Assembly: GCF_030684315.1 (NCBI RefSeq)
Contig: NC_081379.1
Span: forward strand, 23,032,637 to 23,096,636
DNA: 64,000 nucleotides
Reading direction: 5' to 3'
Origin: Stegostoma tigrinum
Lineage: Eukaryota
Part shown: positions 13,711 through 25,901 of the stretch, in pieces
Layout: the number at the start of each line of letters is the position of its first letter
Numbering within the stretch: position 1 is the stretch's first letter
Notes under the pieces: generated by a model
What the model was told of the DNA's origin: nothing
Seen by the model: only the letters and a program-made list of their open reading frames with translations
The model's database searches: none
Translations under genes and position numbers: made by a program

Positions 13711-15604
13711 AGGGGGATGGGGTGAGGGTTCTGGAATAAATGGGAGGGGGGGGGGGCAGACCGAAGATGGAGAGAAAAGAAGATAGGTGGAGAGTAGAGT
13801 ATAGGTGGGGAGGTTGGGAGGGGATAGGTCAGTCCAGGGAAGACGGACAGGTCAAGGAGGTGGGATGAGGTTAGTGACAAAGGATGAGGTGCAGCTTGGG
13901 GGGAGGAAGGGATGGGTGAGAGGAAGAACAGGTTACGGAGGCAGAGACAGGCTAGGCTGGTTTTGGGATGCAGTGGGGGGAGGGGACGAACTGGGCTGGT
14001 TTTGGGATGCTGTGGGGGAAGTGGAGATTTTGAAGCTGGTGAAGTCCACATTGACACCATTGGGCTGCAGGGTTCCCAAGCGGAATATGAGTTGCTGTTC
14101 CTGCAACCTTCGAGTGGTATCGTTGTGGCACTACAGGAGGCCCATGATGGACATGCCATCTGAAGAATGGGAGGGGGAGTTGAAATGGTTCGCGACTGGG
14201 AGGTGCAGTTGTTTATTGCAAACCGAGCGGAGGTGTTGTGCAAAGCGGTCCCCAAGCCTCCGCTTGGTTTCCCCAATGTAGAGGAAGCCACACCGGGTAC
14301 AATGGATGCAGTATACCACATTGGCAGATGTGCAGGTGAACCTCTGCTTAATATGGAAAGTCATCTTGGGGCCTGGGATGGGGGTGAGGGAGGAGGTGTG
14401 GGGGCAAGTGTAGCACTTTCCTGCAGTTGCAGGGGAAGGTGCCGGGTGTGGTGGGGTTGGAGGGCAGTGTGGAGTGAACAGGGGAATCACGGAGAGAGTG
14501 GTCTCTCTGGAAAGCGTTCTAATGCCACCACTCCCGCACATCCCAGATGTGCAAGTTCTTCAATGACCGCAACTTTCCCCCCCAACAGTGGTCGAGAACA
14601 CCCTTGACCGCGTCACCCACACTTCCTGCAGCACATCCCTCACACCCCGCCTCTGCCACAACCGCCCAAAGAGGATCCCCCTCGTTCTCTCACACCACCC
14701 CACCAATCTCCGGATTCAACGCATCATCCTCCGACACTTCCGCCATCTACAATCCGACCCCACCACCCAAGACATTTTTCCATCCCCACCCTTGTCTGCT
14801 TTCTGGAGAGAACACTCTCTCCGTGACTTCCTTGTTCGCTCCACACTGCCCTCCAACCCCACCACACCCGGCACCTTCCCCTGCAACCGCAGGAAGTGCT
14901 ACACTTGCCCCCACACCTCCTCCCTCACCCCCATCCCAGGCCCCAAGATGACTTTCCATATTAAGCAGAGGTTCACCTGCTCATCTGCCAATGTGGTATG
15001 CTGTACGCATTGTACCCGGTGTGGCTGCCTCTACATTGGGGAAACCAAGCGGAGGCTTGGGGACCGCTTGGCAGAACACCTCCGCTCGGTTTGCAATAAA
15101 CAACTGCACCTCCCAGTCGCGAACCATTTCAACTCCCCCTCCCATTCTTTAGATGGCATGTCCATCATGGGCCTCCTGCAGTGCCACAATGATACCACCC
15201 GAAGGTTGCAGGAACAGCAACTCATATTCCGCTTGGGAACCCTGCAGCCCAATGGTATCAATGTGGACTTCACCAGCTTCAAAATCTCCCCTTCCCCCAC
15301 AGCATCCCAAAACCAGCCCAGTTCGCCCCCTCCTCCCACTGCACCACACAACCAGCCCAGCCTGTCTCTGCCTCCCTAACCTGTTCTTCCTCTCACCCAT
15401 CCCTTCCTCCCACCCCAAGCCGCACCTCCATTTCCTACCTACTAACCTCATCCCACCTCCTTGACCTGTCCGTCTTCCCTGGACTGACCTATCCCCTCCC
15501 AACCTCCCCACCTATACTCTACTCTCCACCTATCTTCTTTTCTCTCCATCTTCGGTCTGCACCCCCCCTCCCTATCTACTCCAGAACCCTCACCCCATCC
15601 CCCT

Positions 15605-15636
15605 CTCTGATGAAGGGTCTAGGACCGAAACGTCAG
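15605..15636 (+). ncRNA. Minimal type I hammerhead ribozyme motif (PLE A forward arm, sense to SF3A1)
   Basis: ct-CTGATGA-ag-ggtc-tag-gacc-GAAA-cGTC-ag. Confidence 0.72.
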
Positions 15637-16114
15637 CTTTTGTGCTCCTGAGATGCTCCTTGGCCTGCTGTATTCATCCAGCTTCACACTTCATTATCTT
15701 GGATTCTCCAGCATCTGCAGTTCCCATTATCACTTAAACAAAAGCATGCTGGCTTGAACTTTGATATCAGAGGGAGAAGTGTAATATTGAACAAGTGGAA
15801 GTTTGTAAAATTTAACAATTTGTATAATGTGCTTTATAAAGAAGTCATTTCAGGGTACATCAACCAACTTGTAAAGCTTAGTTCAGTTTATGATAGGACT
15901 CTTGTGATTTTGATTTTTAAAAATCTAGAGCGTGTTTTGGAATTTGAGTCAGGCTGTACTATTAATAGTGTGCTGGGGAAAGTGTCCAATTGGACTGCAA
16001 GATATGCTAGAATTGCAGCATTATCAGGTGAATACTGATTTTTAACTTCCCCCTTTCAAAGGGGCAAAGCTTATTTATTTTTTACGTTTTACATAACATA
16101 TATTTTCTTCACAG

Positions 16115-16189
16115 ATCTTAATACCTCCAAAGGGATTGCTTCAGAAATTGAAGAAAGAAGCAGAAAATCCTAAAGAAGTTTTAGATCAG
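16115..16189 (+). CDS. SF3A1: SF3A1 exon 5
   Basis: ILIPPKGLLQKLKKEAENPKEVLDQ; cag/gt boundaries. Confidence 0.96.
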
Positions 16190-16477
16190 GTGAGACAATA
16201 AATGCTACGATAATAGGCAAAAGTTATGAGCCACATTAATTGCATGCATAATTGAAATGTAATTAATATGTTTTTGTATAAAGTGTATCCATAAGGCAAT
16301 AATAACTTTGTATAGCACCATTGGGAATAATTAATAATCCTTTACTATATGGCAGAATGTCCCTAAATACTGTAGTGTTTTTATTCATTAACCCCACACC
16401 CCTCAGGAATACCTAAAAATATTACCTTGCCCTTTACCTCATCCATATAATGTTTTGGTAATCTTTCCCAAGGTGTG

Positions 16478-17330
16478 GAACATAAGAACAGGAGTACAGT
16501 ATTCAACTCCTCAAACGTTCCACTGTTTAGTTAGCTCCAAGTATTAATCGGATCCTAATCCCATCAATCTGCATCTGTGAGTCTGTGCCATATATATCAT
16601 TTTATCTGTACACATTTTTGAAGCTTTCAATTGACTTAGCCTCAAGTCTTTTGGAAGAATGTTGCAGATTTATGCAATCCTTTGTCTGAAGTAGAGTTTC
16701 CTTATATCATCTCTGAACAGCTGAGTTCTAATGTTATTGTTATGTTCTCATGGTCTGGACTCCCACACCAGAGAAAGTAGTGCAATTTCTATCAACTTTA
16801 ATTATCTTAAACACCTCAAATGCATCACTCCTTAACCATTAATGCTTGAGGAAATGCAAATTTTGTACATATATATTCCTGTCGATATAATTTGCAACTT
16901 TTAGCCCTGGTTTCATTCTGATTCATCTTTGCTAAACTTGCTTAAAAGCCATTGTATCTTTCCTGAGATGAGGGGATCAATATTGAACCCTGTAATCTAG
17001 ACTGTAATATAACTTCCAGCACTTTATATTCCAGTCCTCTTGAGACTGTGCCCCAAGTTCCATAACCATTTTAAATTGTTTAGCTTTCCACTAGCTTTTA
17101 ATGATATCTGTCTTTGGGTCGTATATATCTTTGTCCCTTGGTTCCAACCCTCAGACTGTTTTTAAAAAAAAAATTCAGGTACATCTATCTTTTACTCCAG
17201 AATGGGTGACCTCATATTTCCCCACATTGAACTTCTTTCTGCCACAGTTTTACCTACCCGGTTAGATTAACAATGCCCCTTTGTAATTTTGTACTACTAT
17301 CTATCCACTGTGCTGCTTAACTTTCATTAT
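16478..17330 (-). mobile_element. Old CR1 LINE 3' fragment
   Basis: gaacataagaacaggagta tail and decayed ORF2 similar to 22015-22900. Confidence 0.6.
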
Positions 17331-17607
17331 TTGAAAAGTGGACTTGCCATTCTCTCAGGTGCAGTTGATTTCTGACCCTCTGCTCATTCATGATGCCACT
17401 TTACACATGCATGTTAATAGTGCCCACCTACACAACTCTTCCATCTCTCTCTTCCCTCTGCCCTCACATTTGGTGATGAGCATCTAATATGTGATTATGA
17501 AATTTGCATTTTCAGGAGTGTAGAAGAGTGGGAAGTCTGTCTCTTATGCTTAGAAGAAATGTCAATTGCTGATTCGACATGTAAATGATTTTGATTGTAT
17601 GAAATAG

Positions 17608-17758
17608 GTGAGATACCGAGTTGAATGGGCCAAATTTCAGGAACGTGAGAGGAGGAAAGAAGAGGAAGAACGGGAAAGGGAAAGAGTAGCCTATGCACAG
17701 ATTGACTGGCATGACTTTGTGGTGGTGGAAACAGTTGATTTCCAGCCCAATGAACAAG
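17608..17758 (+). CDS. SF3A1: SF3A1 exon 6
   Basis: VRYRVEWAKFQERERRKEEEE...AYAQIDWHDFVVVETVDFQPNEQG. Confidence 0.96.
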
Positions 17759-19611
17759 GTAGTGTTGTTACTGTACAATAGCATGAAATATTGAGTTGGT
17801 TTAATCTTGTAATGATTGCATTCAATGTTTAATCACTTTCACTCTGATCATTGTTTTTCCAACATACTTTCCTTTGAATGTTTCTTGGCTTGCATTTGCA
17901 ATTACAGTAATTTGAATTGAAATGTTACTGAAAGATAACTTGAGGATAATCTTGGAGGACTTCGATGGAATAGGTTTCTTCTCTGTACTACCAAACACCA
18001 CCTTTAAAACCCTGGTCTCCAACCTTTTGAACCCTGCCTCGGCAACATGAAATGGCCAAAGAAAGATGGGAACTATCTGTCAGCATTTTTTTGTTCATTT
18101 TCCCTAATTCTTAGTTAACCTAACCTACTGTCAATTACTAATCCATCCAAACATGAATTCAACTCTTTACTTTCTTTGTATCAGTTTCTATGCTGTTGTT
18201 AAGTTCAGCTCATTTATAAGGCTTAGACAGTCCCATCTAGATGCCTTCACACTGCCCCTCTGGTTCTCGTGCTAGCTGACATTGTGAATAGTTCTGATCT
18301 CTCTTCCCACATTCTACATAAACTCGTGTACATTTTTGCCCTTCAGATCTGCGCTCATTTCACTCTCAAAGTTGTTAGCATCTATGCAAACAGATTTTCT
18401 CCCCTCTCATTTGAAAAGGTCTTAATCACAATTAGGTAATGATATTCAGAGATTGGGGTGCATTATCATTTCTTAACCTGTGGGAATTCTTCAATATGAT
18501 CAATCTCCTCCTCTTCCATTATAAAATGTAATGTAACTATCTTTGTTTATTCCAAGCTCAGGAGTTGTAGCTGAACTATTTTTGGGAATAAATAATATTT
18601 GTAGGAGACTTTCACCTCAAGTTCATCAGAGATTCATCCTTAGCTGTTATCTTTTCCTCAGTTACCTGTTGTTATTATGGCAGCTATTCTAGACATAGTT
18701 CTGCTTGCGTTTGCACATTAGTGAACCCTACCTGTATGGTCCTGTCACTTTATCTTGATTTCTGTCTCCATGTTATTAGATTATTTCTTTCTCAACACTT
18801 GTCTTGGATGATCAATGCTTTCTTGAGCTAGAAGTTGAGAGAAATCAAAACTATCTTCTTCAATCCTGGCGCAAACTGTGTTAACAGTAACTCCAACCTT
18901 AGTTCTGCTAAAGTTTATAGTTGGATTATTCACACTATGTTCCATTGGACTTCAAGCTGAAATGCTGATCTCTATTCCTTTTCCCTTCATAAAGCCAGTC
19001 CAGCCATTTTTTTACCTCCATAGTATCACTTGCCATGACTCCTGTTTCAGTTCATCCAACATTTAAAGTGATCATTTGAGCTGATTTCCCAATGATGTTC
19101 TAAGCAGTCTCTGAAATAAATCCTGTATTAATTTCAGCCTGTTCAAATTTGCACTCCCCCCTGTTCCCTGTCCCACTTCAAGACCGGTTTATTCATTGTT
19201 CCTGCTGTTTCTGGTTCCTCAGCACAGTATACGTAATGTATATTATCATTTGGGTTTAGATTTTGCTACTGGCTTATATTTCCCTATCTCTAACTTCTTC
19301 CAGCAGTACCATGCCCCTGTCGTTTTGAAACACTTCATTGATTTTGGCCACATATACACCTTTCTCTTCAACATACTGATTTTGGGTATATCTTTAGCCA
19401 CTCAGATCCTATGCAATGTAAATCCCTCCCAAATGCCTTCATTTTCCTCCTTCAGGGCCTTCTGCTAAACCCATCTCTCTGAAGAAAGCTTTGGTCCTAA
19501 TCTATTCTTTGACAAAACCTGATTCTTCCTCTGCCTCATAGTCCTGGGGATGTTTAAAACATTGTTTTATACAAATGCAAGTAACTGTTGTAGGTAACAC
19601 AAATCATTATA

Positions 19612-19922
19612 CAGCAATCTTTGTTTTAACTGGCACCTTATGAACCAGCACTTTCGATAAACTGGCAAAAATTATATACCTGAAGTACTGAAATTTTACT
19701 GTATTATCGCGATGTCCAAGTAGTCAGCTGAGAGTGCATATGAGAAGGCTGTCTACTGGTAAGTTTTATTTAAGGCAAAGTTCTGTTATTATTTAAGTGT
19801 TTTATGCTATAAATCAAGTAAAACAGTGAAACCTGCGTTAGGTTTCTATTACCTAGTGTGGACCTCATGATAAACTGTCACCACCCTGGTCCCATTGCTG
19901 CCATTTAATAAAAAGTTTGCTG
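19612..19922. mobile_element. Tc1/mariner-pogo (Tigger-like) MITE
   Basis: Imperfect ~24-bp TIRs cagcaatctttgttttaactggca / tgccatttaataaaaagtttgctg; TA on the left flank, TG on the right; internal repeats of the aactggca motif. Confidence 0.6.
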
Positions 19923-20433
19923 TGTTATATTACATTTATCAATGTAGTGTTTATATATTGATCTTAAAGCTTTTTTTTGTCATTTTGACATAATTGCTGG
20001 CCTTTGAATCAGACGTTGTAGGTTTGAGACTTGTTCTGTCTGTGCACATAATGTAGCATTATATCAAATTAAAGTGTTGAGTGAGCACTATGATATTGTT
20101 ATTCAGCAAAGCTCAACTGAGACTTCATCTGCCTGTTCCAGTGGGGAAGGTGTTGTCGAAGATCATGACAATTTTAAAAAAATACATTGGGAGTTCCGAT
20201 GTATATTCTTTTCTTAACCAGCGTTCTTGCCAGGCATAAAGTAGCTGCCAAATTTGTCTACCTAACAGTATTTCTTTGTCGTTTAGATAATTGAATTTTG
20301 TTCTCTATTTTCTTCTTCATCCAGAAGAATTTATACTATAATCGAGTGTTATTCTTCTGTTGGGACAGAAGTGGGAAAAGTAGATATGTGGTGGCAGTGA
20401 ATCTCAACAGTTGCTTAACCTTTCTAATTACAG

Positions 20434-20630
20434 GGCATTTCCCTCCTCCGACCACCCCAGAAGAACTTGGAGCTCGTATTTTGATGCAGGAGAGATATGA
20501 GAAGTTTGGGGAGAGCGAGGAAGTTGAAATGGAGGTGGAATCCGATGATGAAGTTGAAGAAACTGAGGATAAGCCAGAAGAGACTCCATCACAGTTGGAT
20601 CAAGATACACAAGTACAAGATATGGACGAG
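20434..20630 (+). CDS. SF3A1: SF3A1 exon 7
   Basis: HFPPPTTPEELGARILMQERYEKFGESEEVEMEVESD...QVQDMDE. Confidence 0.96.
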
Positions 20631-21613
20631 GTAAGATATAAAATGATCCTGGTTATTGATGTAAAAGTTTGAGTATATTGTAGTTTATCTTCATTATCTA
20701 AGGATCGTAGCATAATTGCTGTCAACTTTGCAAATTGCTTCCAGCATCACTGATTTAACTGTTGAAAGTCTAATGATGCCTTACGAAGACTTCAAAAATA
20801 TTGGTAAAGTTGGCAAAAAGGAGGTAATAACTATTGTAATGACAAATTTGGCTTATAAATGTCCTTGAATTGTGAATTAAGCAATAGTGATAATATTCAA
20901 TTCAGTACATTCAGCCTATTAGCAAGTCATATTAGATGCTGAGATGTCTTTCAGATAAATTGTGATAAGTGATTCAGCCATGGCCAGGAGCTAGTCTATT
21001 AACGTGACAAGGTTTTAGTTTTGAAATTAGTTTGTTTTTTTGAAAACTTGGAATTAATGCTGAATTTCACTTTAAGCAGACTTTGAGAAAACATTGCAGT
21101 TTTAGGCATTTGATATCTATAGTGTCACAGTGAACTTCTGTTAAAGTTTTAAAAACATGCATAATAATATAAATCATAGTATGTTTCTAAAGGGCTAACT
21201 TGATTTTCATGTTTCAAACTATAACTAACTTCTGGTAAAATGCCAAGTAAATATTAAAATGAATTGACTGTTCATCATCATAATATCAGTTTTAAGATTT
21301 CAACTACATGTCTCAATATTTATAAGCAATCTCAATCCACAAGAAATAATCTTACCGTATAGATTTGGAAAACAAGCGCTGGTCCAAATATATGTGGTTT
21401 TGCCTGACTTGGGTTTTTGTTCGTGGACTCTGTTGCAAGTTTTTTTTTGAAATGACTGGATTTGCTGAAGGTTTAAAATTTTTTCTCACATGGATATTTG
21501 CCCCCTTGACAATTCTGGAGATAGCACCAAGTAACTTTTGATTTGATCAATATCCTAAAAATGTGACATCAAGTCGTTGGTTTCCTTCAAGAACCTAACA
21601 TTTATTAGGATAA

Positions 21614-21720
21614 GGGTCTAGGATCTTTATTAGAAAGATCTCGGCCCGAAACATCAGTTCTCCTGCTCCTCTGATGCTGCTTGGCCTGCTGTCTTCATCC
21701 AGCTCTACACCTTGTTATCT
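21614..21720 (+). mobile_element. 107-bp PLE family 1 mini-insertion
   Basis: Matches the PLE 3' end from hammerhead stem II to ...ttatct; perfect TSD CATTTATTAGGATAA at 21599-21613 and 21721-21735. Confidence 0.8.
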
Positions 21721-22014
21721 CATTTATTAGGATAACTTTTTGTTTATGTATTGCATGACACAATCACAGGCATCATATGAAATAAACAAGGAAGTACTTA
21801 CTGTTTTCTGCACATGGGTCACTATATCGTGAATTCTTCAGTTTAACTGTTCCTTTGGTCAAAGATTCAAAGCACTTGCCCATAGGAGTGGGATTAATGA
21901 GTTTGAGCATCCATGTTATCAGTAATGATTTTCCTAGACATTTGGAAGCTCCGTCTTTTTTTTTCCCTAGCGTAGGGAAGAAAATACGAAATCGTTGGGG
22001 AAAAGCCATTCTAG

Positions 22015-25000
22015 TAAGGGCAGAGGGATGGGAGTAGGCCATTCAGCCCCTTGAGCCTGTTGCACCACTCAAGATCATGGCTGATGTGTGGCCTAACTCC
22101 ATATCTTTGCCTTTAGCCCATATCCCTTAATATCGTTGCTTAACAAAAAGTTAAATCTAACAACTGAGCAAGTATCTACTGCCATTTGTGGAAGAGAGTT
22201 CTAAACGTCTCCCTCACCTTCTATATAAATGTGTTTCCTAACATCTCTCATGAATGATCTGAACTGAATTCTCTGACAATTACTCCGCTGATTCTCAAAT
22301 TCCCAACCGATGGAAATAGTTTATCTACTCTGTGTTTTCGTGTTAATATCATGAACTTTTAGAACAGATTCTGCCCCCTTTAAATTCTGGAGAAAACAGG
22401 CCTAATTTCTATAATCCTTCCTACTAACTTAATTCCTGAAGTCCAGGTTTCATTCTTGAAAACCTGTGTTGTACTTCCTTTGGATCCATTGTATGCTTCC
22501 TATAGTGGTGCCCAGATCCGTAATCAATACTCCAGTTTGGGGCTAACCATGGTTTTGTATAACTGCAACATCAATTTTCCATCCTTTTACTCCAGTCCTC
22601 TAGATATAAAAGCTCGCATCCCCATTAGCTTTCTTAAATATTTTCTGTACCGATTTGCGACATTTTAAAGGTCAGTGCACTGGAACCCCCAAGTCTCTTT
22701 GAATATTAATTTCATACCAACTAGAAAGTATCCTGTTCAATCCCTTTTTGGGCCAAGATGGATAAGATCTCACTTGTTTGTGTTGAACTCCATCTGCCGC
22801 AGTTTTGCCTATTCACTTAGTCTATCAATATACCTTTGTAATTTTATGCTATTACTATACTGTCTACAAAGTTGCCTTACTTTATTATCATCAAATTTGG
22901 GTAAGTAACTTTCTTTGCCATTTAATAAATATGTGAATAATTTGTCCTTGACACAGATCCTTGTGGGACGCTACTGCTCGTACCTTTCCATTAATCCTAC
23001 TTTCTGTTGCCTGCCACTCGACCAATTTCCCAGCCACATCAGTAATGTCCCTTCAATTCCATCGACTTCTACCTTAACTAACAGTCTTTTACATGAGACC
23101 TTATCAAATGTCTTCTGGAAGTTCATATAAACAATATCCATAGACGTTCCCCTGTCCACTACCTTAGTCACTGCTTCAAAAAGTTGAGTAAGATTTGTCA
23201 GGCATGACATATCTGTCATGAATCCAAGCTGGCCATTGCTGATTACGTGAAAATTTTCAAGATTTTCAGTTACTTCATCCTTGATTTTAGACTCTAACGA
23301 TTTTCCCACCATAGATGGTTAGGCTCAAAAGCAGAAATTGTTGGAAAAGCTCAGCAGTACTGACAGTGTCTGTGGAGAAAAATCAAAGTGTTTAGGGTGT
23401 AGTGACCCTTTTTCAGACCCTTCTATGAAGGACGGTCACTGTACCCAAAATGTTAACTCTGCTCGCCAAAGATGCTGCCAGACCTGCTGAGGTTTTCCAG
23501 TAATTTCTGTTTTTGTGTTTGATTTCCAGCATCTGTAGCTCTTTCAGCTTTTTGTATAGGTGTTTGGCTAACTTGTCCTCCCTCGTTTTCCTCATCTGCC
23601 ATTCTTAAAGAAAAATGGAGTGACGTGCAGATTTCCAGTTCAGGGGCATGAATCTTGTATGAAGAGAACTGTGAAAGATATTAGTAAGGGTGTCAACAAT
23701 ATGCTCCTCTATTTCCTTTAACACCTTTTGGATGGAAATCGTTAGGCCTTGGAGGAATTTGTCACTCTTTAATTCCATTCATTTCTTCATTGCCAATGTT
23801 TTACTTGTGTTAATTTTATTCAATCGCTGTTCCTGATCCACGAGTAATTACCTCGAGACTTCGGCCAAGCAAGCTGACTTTTCTACTGTAAATTCTGAAG
23901 CAAATTAGTCATTCAACGTCTGCAATCTTTCCCATTGTCATTGACAATATCCCAACTTTCAGTTTTTAGTGCACCAACATTGCTCCTGACCATCCAGTTT
24001 CCCATTATGTGGCTAAAAAATTTCTTGTTGATTTTGTTTCATAATCCCTTTTAGTAGCTCTCATAAGCTGCTTTCTGGCCCTTTGTTGGTCTTTGTATCT
24101 TTCCCATTCAGCAAGATCTGTGCTGTTTGTTGACATTTTGTAAGCCCTTTCTTTTAGTATTTTGCTGTCCCTTATTTCTTTGGCTGCCCATGACTATGTT
24201 TTCTTTGAGGAATTTTTCCCTTTTGGGGTACATATGGATTTTAATGTTTAATGTTCCTTTAAACTTTCTCCATGTTTTTCCAGCTGTTTTACCCATTAGC
24301 AGATTTTCCCAGTTTACTATGAACAGTTTCTATCTCAGTTTGTTAAAACAAGCCGTACATAAATCATTTAATTTATTCCTTAACTCTCCACTGGTATGCA
24401 GAACTCTTATCTGGGCCATACACTGAAACCTATCCCTCAGTACTGATGCTTTATTCACCTGTTTATTATTTCTCTCTTCTGGTTTAATTGATACACTTCT
24501 TATAATTTTGCCATTACCTGCTATACTTGAAGTAGGATTCCAAACTGTTTCTTTACTCTGTCATGTTACTTGATTTTGAAACTGTATTGACTTCTCAAGA
24601 ACCCTCCCTGCCATTTATTGGTTTAAAGTCCTTGTGACCAACCTGTTTAACTTTTCAGCTAGGACACTGGGGATGTACTCCATTTGGGACCAAAGGTGCA
24701 GTTCTTTCCTGTCCCAATACTGATGTCAGTGCCTCACAAACGGGAATTCCCCTTTCCCACACTACTCCTTTAGCCATTCACTTAGTTCCCTAATTTTCTT
24801 ATCTCTGTGTCAATTTGCATGTGGCTCAGGTAATATTTCACAGATTATAAACCATCAGTTCCTTTTCTTTAATTTTTTTTCCTAATCCCTGATATTACCC
24901 AAATAGGATCTCTTGCCTATGTTGTTAGTCCCAACATGGGTCACAACAACTGGACCCTCCCCCTCCCCCTCCCATATCCTTTCAAGCTGGTTCAGAATGT

Positions 25001-25530
25001 CCCTTACCTTGGCACTAGGCAGGGAACACACCTTCACACCATACAGGGCAGTCAATCCAGCTTTCAGTTTCTGCTTTCATGTACTATTTGATGTACTTAA
25101 CCTACAGCGTGTGACTGCCTCCTGAAACGCAGCATTCAGGCAACTCTTCCCCCTCCCTAAATGTCGCGGTGTTTGACACTCAGAATCAAGCTCACCAACC
25201 CAACATTTTCTATAGGTATGTTTGCTGTGAACCACAGTAGGGTTCGCCAGCTTCTACATCACGTGGATGCATCACATTGCCTGGCCCTGCATCTCTTAAA
25301 TTATTTAAATTAGCTGTCAGTTCGTATTTTAAAATTTTCTGCTGGTCTTAAGGTTTTAATCTGTAAAATATTTCTCCAATTTACCTTGAACCTGAAAGCA
25401 ACTTGGAATAGATATTCAAATTACTTACCAACCTTTTTCTGTGATGTCACTTTTTCACTGTTTCTGATCCCTGAATCTCCTCCCCTGCTGGCCTGTCTCT
25501 CTGTCTCAGCTCTCAGGTAAGTCTGTAAGT
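22015..25530 (-). mobile_element. Long, internally deleted CR1 LINE retaining ORF1 esterase, ORF2 and 3' end remnants
   Basis: RT: QLGFMTDMSCLTNL...DIVYMNFQKTFDKV; ORF1 SGNH-like VCSLPSAKVRDILNQLERI...VVVTHVGTNNIG at ~24912-25031. Confidence 0.8.
23326..23555 (+). mobile_element. PLE family 2 non-coding fold-back mini-element nested in CR1
   Basis: Imperfect inverted arms ~23326-23416 and ~23422-23515, then tail gatttccagcatctgtagctc; decayed TSD atagatggttaggct / ataggtgtttggct. Confidence 0.65.
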
Positions 25531-25783
25531 TTGAAGACTTGGCCTTGTATTTTATTTCCTACTCAGACTCACCTCCTGCAGGCTCCTCTTCTCCTTCTGC
25601 CCCAAATTCCCACAACCTTACTTTCTTTTATCGAGCAGAAGCACTCACCAATGAGAGAAAAGGAGCAACCGATCACCCCTCCCCCACTTTTATCTAACTC
25701 CCTGTTTCATCAAACGGTTTAATTTATTTTAAATGCAATGCACAGTTCAACTTATTTTGACTTGTGTGATGGTTTGTTTTAAG

Positions 25784-25901
25784 GGATCAGATGAAGAAGA
25801 TGAAAGCCAGAAAGTCCCACCACCTCCTGATAATCCAATGCCTCCACCACTTCCTCCTACTCCAGACCAGGTTATCATTAGGAAGGATTATGATCCCAAA
25901 G
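25784..25901 (+). CDS. SF3A1: SF3A1 exon 8
   Basis: GSDEEDESQKVPPPPDNPMPPPLPPTPDQVIIRKDYDPK. Confidence 0.96.

Larger units (their letters stand above)
13616..15733 (+). mobile_element. Penelope-like element A: fold-back copy (inverted arm 13616-14515, forward arm ~14527-15733) encoding GIY-YIG endonuclease
   Basis: CNRRKCYTCP...NVVYCIHCTRCGFLYIGETKRRLGDRFAQH; TSD TTAAACAAAAGCAT at 13602-13615 and 15734-15747. Confidence 0.92.
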
